From Octopus vulgaris (Eukaryota): a stretch of 64,000 nt of DNA. Below, piece by piece: positions 54,936-64,000 of this stretch. Every line of letters starts with the position of its first letter. Positions within the stretch are counted from its first letter, which is position 1. The notes beneath the pieces are model-generated. The model saw only the letters and a list, made by a program, of their open reading frames with translations, was not told where the DNA came from and did not search any database. The stretch spans positions 6,882,001-6,946,000 of the forward strand of contig OX597825.1 of the NCBI GenBank assembly GCA_951406725.2. The letters are read 5' to 3'. Position numbers and translations under genes: made by a program.

Positions 54936-55139
54936 CAGAGATGTACTTGCATAGTGAGTGACTTGATCTGAGATCGTGTGCTGGAACGAAAACAATTGCA
55001 GCATGGAAGGTGTTTATAAGCCATTTAAGAAACACACAAAACCATTAGATTAACTTCAACATTTAAAATTAATTTGTCAAAATATTTTCTTCGCTTTGAG
55101 ACCGCGACCTGTTCACTGACAAAACTTCGTGCTGCATAC
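54936..55139 (-). mobile_element. ~204 bp element with variant hammerhead and 17 bp TSD
   Basis: TSD taataataaaattatta at 54919-54935 and 55140-55156. Confidence 0.78.
55073..55123 (-). ncRNA. Minimal hammerhead variant with G3:C8 core
   Basis: tttgtca GTGAACA g gtcgc ggtctcaaa gcgaa GAAA atat TT tgacaaa; 7 bp stem I, palindromic AATATT stem III. Confidence 0.6.
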
Positions 55140-55206
55140 TAATAATAAAATTATTAACATAAAAAAATACCTTAGGAATGAGAACCCAAATTCGAAATTT
55201 CCCCAT

Positions 55207-55252
55207 GACACCTGATGAAGGCTGGAGGTCATATCAGCCGAAACGTTGTGTT
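55207..55252 (+). ncRNA. Minimal type I hammerhead ribozyme motif (best-preserved copy)
   Basis: gacac CTGATGA a ggctg gaggtcatat cagcc GAAA cg TT gtgtt; palindromic ACGT stem III; predicted cleavage after 55247. Confidence 0.82.
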
Positions 55253-55883
55253 AACAACAAACAAGATGAGGACAAATATCGTCAAATGTAAATAATGTAA
55301 ATAATGTATATTCTATAAGGTCACAAACAATATGGTGGTGAATTGTTGATTAATTCCCCTCCATTACTTCATTCGTACGTGTGTTACCAATCTCAGAATG
55401 CTGTATAGTAGTGTGGTCTTTGGTAGGATTTGAACTCAGATCCTAAAGATATTTAACCCAATGATGTATACTATTTTTCTTAGCTCACTAATGATTCTAT
55501 CAGTCTGAAGAAAAAAAAAACCTTTTTTGCTTAACTTTTAGGGCCTTCATGGAGGCCCATAGCTTTAAGCAGATATTATTGCTTAACTACATGTAAACCA
55601 GGGGAGATGAGAAAATGTCATTATCAAGTAGCCTGATAATGTTCAATTCCCTAAGCAGCATTATCAAGAGCTCTTCCTTTTGAAAGTCATGTTAACAAGA
55701 GTGTTAACAAGACATTTTTTTTATTCTAGAGAATATAGTTTTTCAGCTAAGTGCTGTTGGTTATCAGGGGTGAGTATTTAAACTTGGTGATATCTCTGCA
55801 TAACTAGCAAGGGTCTATTTATCTGGGAAAGACACCTGAGATCAAATGGTATTTTAATATCAATCATCATCTCATACCACACG

Positions 55884-56275
55884 TTTATTAGTTTACAATC
55901 CTTCTCCTCTTATTCTCAGTATGTCACACTAAAGTTGCTACATGTTCCATGCTACATGTTTCGTTCAACATATATTAGTTTACACTCTTCCTCCTTCTCC
56001 TCCTCTCCCTTCTCCCCTCCCTCCTCCTCCTCATCCTCCTCTCCCTCCCCTCCTCCTCCTAGCATGTCACTCTAAAATTGCTACATGTTCAATGCTACAT
56101 GCCGTTCAACATTTATTAGTTTACACTCCTCCTCCTCCTAATATGTCATACTAAAGTTGCTACATGTGTCCAACATTTATTAGTTTACACTCCTCCTCCT
56201 CCTCCTCCTCTTCCTCCACCTCTCAGCATGTCACTCCAAAGTTGCTACATGTTTCTGTCGAACATATTTTTAGTC
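55884..56275. repeat. Four-unit tandem repeat with a variable internal (CCT)n tract
   Basis: attagtttaca...(cct)n...atgtcac...aaagttgctacatg...caaca repeated four times. Confidence 0.85.
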
Positions 56276-56529
56276 GCTGCATTCCAGGTAGAATTGTTAC
56301 AAAGGAGGAAGAATCGCATTCGGTTCAGTGAGTGAAGACTAGCACGTCTTGAAACGACAAAAATACACAACAACAACAACAACAACAACAGCTACAACAA
56401 CCATCTATAGATATTAAAAATTATCTCAATTATCATGGCTGACAGTATGTTTGGAAAAATTCTCAATATTCAACTTTGGATAATGCTTTTCTATTCCTAA
56501 CAAAAGAAAATGCACAAAATGAACACAGG

Positions 56530-56616
<87 letters not shown>

Positions 56617-57886
56617 AGCACACACACACTTACACACACACACACACACACACAAGCACACCTACACATGCATGAATGACTGCAGTCTTAAGATGACAAG
56701 GAAACATAAAAGATCCAAAATTCTTCAATTCTTTGCAGTGTTCATAGCAGTGACAACGACAGAACTATTGTATTCTTAAACATAATAAAATAATGTTTTA
56801 TTATTCAACTTGACTGGAGGCTATCAGACTAAAATAAGCTGCATTGCAATCTTCATACCGATTCCTTTTATTATCGGTTCTCTGAAATATTAGGATCTTC
56901 TCCAGTGGAAAAATCTTGTTCTTTGAAAAGTGAATGCCTATCTCTACTCAATATCTATCTCTACTTAATATAAATGTAAAGGGACTGAGTTGTCCATTAC
57001 CTGTCTGGTAATTTATATTCCGCCTTTCACACAATATATATCAATGATAACCACCACAATACCGTTCCTATTGGCTACAATTAAATTTAATGTCTTGCAG
57101 GCATAAATTTCAGTATTTTCTGATGTCTGTTTATAAATTCAACGGTAAACACTGACTTTTATAATGGCACGAAAGAAAAACAAAAACCAAAAAAAGAGAA
57201 AGAACGAAATGAATGGAGAAAATGTTTAAGCTTAGAACCGAGTAATTATTGGTGAGTCGGGATTTCTTAATGTACTTTAAATAGTTGTAATTATTTATTC
57301 TCCTTTTTATAACATTTAGTTTTAATTTCAAGTCTGGCACCAACAAAGTGAAAGAAGCTGGTAATGTTTATCTTATGCAAGTAACCAAACAAATGATAAC
57401 ATTTCAAAAAAAATTTCTCTTGAGTTTTATGAATTTTCTTGATAAGCTGTTTGTTTATATTTTCTCATGTAAGTGCTCGCATTATTATGGAAAAGTAAAC
57501 ATTACAAGGTTAGTATATAGGAATTCGCATTTAAGTAGAAAAAAGAAACAGTTTTTTTTGTTTTGTTTTTTTAGAGATTTCAGCAAAATTTTCCACTTAA
57601 ACATGAATTATTCTTACTAATGAGAAGATTGGCTACCATCATCATCATCAACAACAATAACAACAACAACAGCAACAACAGTAGTAGCAGTAGTAGCAGC
57701 AGCTTTTGCAAACTTTGGAATACATGTAAAGTAACATTTTGATAAAAGGGGAGCTGGAATAATTTTTGTGGAAATGCTTTTAACAAATTGTCCAAAAGCT
57801 TGGTGATTCCACCCACCCCACCAGAGCCAACCAGTTCAAATATGAAGGACATTACTGTATTTCACTAATGATGTTTGAACAATATA

Positions 57887-58284
57887 GGCGTAGGAGTGGC
57901 TGTGGGGCAAGTAGCTTGCTTACCAACCACACGGTTCCGGGTTCAGTTTCACTGCGTGGCGCCTTGTGCAAGTGTCTTCTACTAAAGCTTTGGGCCGACC
58001 AAAGCCTTGTGAGTGGAATTGGTAGACGGAAACTGAAAGAAGTCCGTCATATATATGTATATATATATGTGTGTTTGTGTGTCTGTGTTTGTTCCCCCAG
58101 CATCACTTGACAACCGATGCTGGTGTGTTTACGTCCCCATAACTTAGCGGTTTGGCAAAAGCGACTGATAGAATAAGTACCAGGTTTACAAAGAATAAGT
58201 CCTGGGGTCAACTTGCTCGACTAAAGGCGGTGCTCCAGCATGGCCGCAGTCAAATGACTGAAACAAGTAAAAGAGTAAAAGAGT
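57887..58284 (+). mobile_element. SINE family B, full length, abutting a family E head fragment (58282-58354, minus)
   Basis: Aligns to 29734-30158. Confidence 0.9.
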
Positions 58285-58358
58285 CTGAGAATCGAAACTT
58301 CGATCCTACGACTGCGAGTCTGCTGCCCTAACCACTGGGCCATTGCGCCTCCACAAAC

Positions 58359-58560
58359 ACAAATTTATATTAGTTCCTATGTACGTTTCACCATTATGGT
58401 TCACTATGGCTGCTTGGAATCCAACATTGAAACTTCATGCAAAAAAATTGTGTTTTCTGATCTGTTCCAGGTAAGCATCCAAATGCACTTGGAGCACTCA
58501 ATGCAGGGTTCCAAGCAACCACAATGGCGAAACACATAGAAATTAATAATAGAAACTTGT
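58359..58560. repeat. Decayed foldback / MITE-like inverted repeat
   Basis: ctatgtacgtttcaccattatgg...tgcttggaatccaacattga mirrored by tcaatgcagggttccaagcaaccacaatggcgaaacacatag. Confidence 0.65.
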
Positions 58561-58731
58561 ATTTATCATGGTTTTCTCCTACTTTTGCTTTGTATCTCAT
58601 ACCTAGTAATACCATGAAGTCTTGTAGTTACTTAACCAATATGCAGGAAGCAGAATGGATTATGGTAATCTATGCAGAACTCTGAAACACAACAGTAGCA
58701 GTTATACATCTATTTGTATACTCACGATATA

Positions 58732-58767
<36 letters not shown>

Positions 58768-59281
58768 ATCTACCTATCTATCTGTCTGACTGTTTGTCTG
58801 TCTGTATGTATGATGAATGTATTTATATTGGATTTTAGAAGGAATATTTTTAAAATAAATACTCCGAATTTATTGATATTGTTAGCTACCTTTTTATATA
58901 TATTTTTTAGTTATTTATTTAGTTATTTGTTTATTTCTTATTATATTTTGGTTATTATGGTATTTGATCATAGACTTCTAACCTCTCCAGTGATCTTTGT
59001 GCATAATTCCATAACAAAATAATTGAATTATAAAGAAAACTGCTGGCAATAGACTGGCTTTTGTAGCTGTTCAGTTTATTTGTTTTGGCCCAAAATAATT
59101 AATTTCTATGTATTTAGAACCTAATAAAGATTTATACCATTATACCGAATCTCTGCTTCTTATTTACTCAACTTCCTTTGCTGATTGCAGGAATACATTC
59201 AAGAGAGAATGTCCTACATATTGACAGACTCACACTGACAGCTTCTCACATCCTGAGTCTGTCATCATTTGGGAAGCTTAC

Positions 59282-59566
59282 AGTTGTTGTTGTTGCTTGT
59301 TCCTTCTCGAGCCATGCCTGGCTCATTAGGGCCGGTTTCCCAGTTCCTTTGGCGTATAGGTTCCCCACCTGGACTGGATGCCAGTCTGTCGCAGGTGGAA
59401 AGAGTGAGAGAAAGTTGTGGCGAAAGTTCGCCATTACCTTCTGCTAGAGCTGCGTGGAGCTTAGGTGTTTCACTCATAAACACACACATCGCCCGGGTTG
59501 AGATTCGAACCTGCGATCCCTCAACCTCGAGTCCGCTGCTCTAACCACTAGGCCATGTGCCTCCAC
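59282..59566 (-). mobile_element. SINE with E-like head and a third tail type
   Basis: Head ggaggcacatggcctagtggttagagc...ggttcgaatc; tail cctgcgacagactggcatccagtccagg...gaaaccggccctaatgagcc then (CAA)n. Confidence 0.8.
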
Positions 59567-59999
59567 TAAGCTTGTAGTACAACATACACACACACATGCA
59601 AGGACATACAAACACACACACACACACACAAGCACATACATTGACACACATGCATTTTATAAATGTTAGTGACTGTGAATAAAATGCACGTGACCTCAAA
59701 TATAAGTTATAATATCAGATTGTTTTATTAGCCATTTAATAGAAAATGGTTAGAAGTAATTGTGAGTATCAAACCTTTCCTTGATGAAGAATGCACCATT
59801 TAATGTAGGTGACTTGATTAGTGATTAATTTAATCAACATTGATTGGAGATGGCACTTGTGGCAGTGGAACGTTAAAAGCACGTAAAGACATGAAATACG
59901 CCTACGCATTTCACTCAGCACGCTAACGTTTCTGCAAGTTTGCTGCCTTTAACAGCTAGGTAATCATTAAGGTTATGACAGCAGAGAAAGCAGCCAGAT

Positions 60000-60880
60000 C
60001 TTAAGAGATGGTCACTGAGATCCTGAAAGCATCCAGTGATGTAGAACGAGCAGTCAACTGATTCAAGCAGAAAAGATCTGCTTTAAAAAGAATCAAACAT
60101 AAACCATTTAGATTTGTGTCAGAGGGGAGAGCAGTCAAAGCACTGATCCAAATGAAATGATAAAGTGAAGCTCCAAGGAAAAGTAACCAAGTCTAACTTC
60201 CACTAGATCTGAAGAAGGTTTCTGACAGTGTACCAGACTCTGTCATCTGGTGGGTGCTAAGAAAATGAAGTGGGATTGGTTATAAGAGCCAACGGAGCAT
60301 TTTACAGAGATACTCTCAGCAAAGTGTGAGTTTACATTGAGTTCTGTGAGGAATTTAGCATGCAAAGAGATATCAATCAACGTTTGGTTCTCAGCTGGTT
60401 CTGTTTATTGTAGTTCTTCAGGCTATAGCAGAGGAGTTTGAACCCAGCTGTCTACTGGAATTTCAGTATGCCAAAGAACTAGTTCTTGTGGTTGAACTGT
60501 TTGATTATTTTTAGAAGCAAATTCTAGAAATGGAAGGTGTTAAACCAATCAGAGATGAAAGTTTAATGATTTGAAAGAAATTCAAAGACAGTGTGAATAA
60601 AGAAAGAGGACTAAGGGTGTCAAAGAAAACTTTGAAATGAGAAAAGTCTGTAGAACACAGAAGCAGGGAGAAGACTGAGTTGGTATGAAGACATTGGTAG
60701 GTATGGAGGATGAGGGGTGGGTGAAGAAGTACAACGTAACCTACATGGACGAGCTCTGTGAGGGAAGAAGATCAAATGAGACATGGGGGAGAAGAAATGG
60801 AAGCTGATTTTAAGAAACTGAACTTCATGAAGGAAATGACAAAGAGAAAATAATGTACTTGAGAAGAATCATCCGATCCT
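60000..60880 (+). mobile_element. Decayed RTE-clade LINE ORF fragment
   Basis: LDLKKVSDSVPDSVIWWVLRK (~60203), LFIVVLQAIAEEF...LEFQYAKELVLV (YADD site ~60467), then after a deletion RLSWY...MEDEGWVKK. Confidence 0.8.
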
Positions 60881-60938
60881 GGTCTACCATGAGACAACAA
60901 GCATAAAATAATGATGATGAGATAATGATGATGTTGAT

Positions 60939-61052
60939 ATGTGTGCGTGTGTGTTTGTGTATGTATGTATATATATATATGTGTATATATATATATTTAT
61001 ATATATATATACATATATATACATACATACACACATATATATACACACACAC

Positions 61053-61083
<31 letters not shown>

Positions 61084-61143
61084 CACATATATATGTATAT
61101 ATATATATACACATATATATGTATATATATATATATATGTCTG

Positions 61144-61191
<48 letters not shown>

Positions 61192-61205
61192 AATATATAT
61201 ATATG

Positions 61206-61248
<43 letters not shown>

Positions 61249-61250
61249 GT
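60939..61250. repeat. (TA)n/(CA)n microsatellite
   Basis: Directly visible. Confidence 0.95.
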
Positions 61251-62739
61251 ATGTGTCTGTGTTATCACAAAATCTTTAGATTGACAAGATACAAAAAGAA
61301 AATACAGGCACAAAATAGCAGATACTTTTTCTTTTCTTCTCAAGTTTCTTTATATTCAAATGTGTTGAATACTGTAATAATTGACCACATTACTTTCTCT
61401 ACAAACCTTACTTCGCTCAACTGCAAAACTAACTTTCTCCTGTCTCTCAGTTCATCTCATTTCTTTCTTTCTCGTATTGAATATTCTGATCGATTCGATT
61501 GTTTGTAGTTCTTTCGGTTTCTTTATTTCACCTGATATAATCTATAACCCTAACCTTCTACCTCGGATACGTCTGACTATTTCTTATGCAGATTTAATAA
61601 GTGGTATGAAGAGAAGATTAAAAGAAGGGTGTCTTTTTTTTTCTTTTTACTATTTTCCTTTTGTCATTATAATTTCTACCCGACTTTGAAATGTGGCCAT
61701 TGTCGGCTCAGGATTCAATAGTAATTTAGTTTCCTTGGCTCAAGTGATCCAATATTTCCTGGTAGTAGCTGAGATGTTATTGAGTTATTTTGACTCATGT
61801 GTTTGTAATTGAGCTTCGGTTAACTTTGGAGGTAATGAAAATCAAAAATTTATTAGGTGACTCACTTGAATTGTGAGGTGTGTAGAAATTATTGCCTAAA
61901 GGAATTGGGACAAAGGAGACAAAAGAAAGAAAGAAAAAAGCAAAAGAAAAAAAGAAAAGAAAAAGAAACCTTAACCACATTAATGTGAGTGGCATTAAAT
62001 CTTTACAAACTAATGGCATCTCTGAATATACAAGGAACGGACAGTAAACTAATGAGAAAAACGCAAGAGCAGCGAAGAAGAGTTTCGAATTAGCTGAAGA
62101 AACATCAAAGGAAATATAGACGAAAGTAGATTAGGCAAAAGTTATTGAAAATCCTAATAGATTATTTATGAAGATAGGTGTAGTTATAAAGGGGGGAAGA
62201 AAACCAAAAAAACTAACAGACTATTAGTGAAAAGTATCAAGGATCTATTGCATGGTCTATTACTAAAGGAGATGTAGGTAATTAGTATAAAAAAAAAGTA
62301 TTCTGCTAGTATAATTCAATATTTATTATTTATGTATTATCAGCTTATTTTCTGTGGTGTAACAGTTCACCATAATAACCTGCTATCTTACTTTACACTT
62401 GGTGAAACAATTCAAGATTCTCGAACTAACGGATGATACCTGGAATAACGATAACGCTCATTCTAAGCTGAGATAACTAGGCAACGTTTAAAATATAATA
62501 TGCACTAAAAACTAAATATATTTTAGTTTTTAAGCAGTGACTTTGAGAAGATTGAATTAACTCTAGTCATCTGAATTCATTCAATAAATAAATACTTTAA
62601 AAATTGGAAGATTTTATTAAAGGGAAATTATAGAAAAGATCTGGAAGATTCGTGAGATGGTAATGGTAAATCAGGGAATCAAACAAATCTAGAAGTAACA
62701 AAAAAAAATCTGATCTCACTTTGAGGAAAAATCATGGTC

Positions 62740-62780
62740 TGTCTGTCTGTCTATCTATCTCTTTTCTCTCTCTTTCTTTC

Positions 62781-62850
<70 letters not shown>

Positions 62851-63840
62851 AATCTATCTATATATATATACACATAGTGTACATACATTGATGCATCCAT
62901 ACAGACAAATATACATATATACATACACATACACACATTCATACATGCACATATGTACATACATGCCCATACATACATACTACAAACACACATACATACA
63001 TACACATACATACAAAGATGCTTACATACAGACATATATACATATATGTATATATATACACACACATGCACATAATACATATATACATACACATGTACAT
63101 ACACACACACATACATTCATAAATGCACATATATATATATAGGTCCATACACACAGGCCCACACATACATACATACTACATACTCACAAACACACACATA
63201 CATACATACAATGAAAGACAATATTCCTGAGGAAAAGAATGTCAGAAATTCTTTTACAAGTCTAGACTACACCTGTCATCAGCCTCAACCACGTTACATG
63301 GTACGAAGGAATTCTGATGTTGACCTATAAAAGTATGGAAAAATTCATTTCTTTGTTACGGTCATGAGATGGTCTGTAATAAAAACCTGCACAACCAATG
63401 CCAAGCATTAACCAACATGTTCCCTAATTTGCTAAACATTTGCTATTTCTGTGTGTGTGTGTGTGGTGTGAGTGTGTGTGTGTGTTGTGTGTATTCAGTT
63501 TTATTTCAAGATTTTTTGCTAATAGAGAAAGAGCCAGTTTCTAGCCTAGACCCAAGGCACCTTCACTGGAATATGTATGTATGTATGTGTTTGTGTGTAT
63601 GTGTATGTATGTATGTGTATGTATGTATATAAGTATATGTGTATGTATGTGTGTGTATGTGCATGTATATATGTATGTGTGTATACATATGTGTATGTAT
63701 GCATGTATGTATGCATGTATGTATGCATGTGTGTGTGTATGTATGTATGTAAAAGTATATGTGTATGTATATGTATATGTGTATACATATGTGTATGTAT
63801 GTATGTATGCATGTATGTAAGCATGTGTGTGTGTGTATTC
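62740..63840. repeat. Microsatellite-rich block: (TCTA)n, (CATA)n, (TATG)n
   Basis: Directly visible, with short complex spacers. Confidence 0.88.
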
Positions 63841-64000
63841 AGATGAACATCAACATTAAATTCCTGTCTCGGCAGTTCATAAATCCACCCAAAATTTAGG
63901 TCTGTTGAGGACATATTTCTCATCACCAACAACTTTTGATGCGATGGTTGTGGTGGTGGTGGTGATGGTGCAGATAAAAATGATAAAAATGTACAAGTTA

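Larger units (their letters stand above)
54555..55308. mobile_element. Most complete family H element: tail-HHR-(TTA)n-head | head-(AAT)n-HHR-tail
   Basis: Two mirrored arms centred near 54822; HHRs at 54633-54678(-) and 55207-55252(+); the right arm is interrupted by 54936-55139. Confidence 0.88.

Noticed and set aside
56312-56362. aagac/gtctt stem followed by GAAACGAC
   Set aside because: No valid 5' core, stem I or UH site
58395-58476. Coding exon ending at cag|gtaagc
   Set aside because: Lies within a decayed inverted repeat; no recognisable peptide or partner exons
61950-62730. Possible decayed LINE RT (LFIIYV- and DDT-like fragments)
   Set aside because: Too fragmentary to support without a profile search; the same applies to 26100-26830

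Overview
AT-rich, microsatellite-dense eukaryotic non-coding DNA (intronic or intergenic). The SINE families look like those of an octopod cephalopod (Octopus sp.); this is recognition from memory, not a search. No intact host protein-coding gene, tRNA, rRNA or CRISPR array can be supported, and nearly all ORF-track entries are translations of microsatellites or repeats. The window is a mosaic of: (i) several SINE or SINE-like families in many copies; (ii) decayed autonomous elements identified by manual translation: two Penelope-like retroelements (39.1-41.1 kb minus, 41.7-42.5 kb plus), a Ty3/Gypsy element with both LTRs and gag/PR/RT/INT remnants (47.8-52.3 kb), a mariner (52.4-53.3 kb) and an RTE LINE (60.0-60.9 kb); (iii) MITEs, a Helentron-type HINE and minisatellites. 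The most interesting signal is a set of short non-coding elements carrying minimal type I hammerhead ribozymes (HHRs) of the Penelope type. One family joins a tRNA-derived Pol III head to an HHR tail and inserts as inverted pairs bounded by TSDs. A second element has a compensatory G3:C8 swap in the catalytic core. Several other sequence-unrelated HHR-like motifs occur, including one at the 3' end of a Penelope remnant. Coordinates were counted by hand and decayed element boundaries are approximate.
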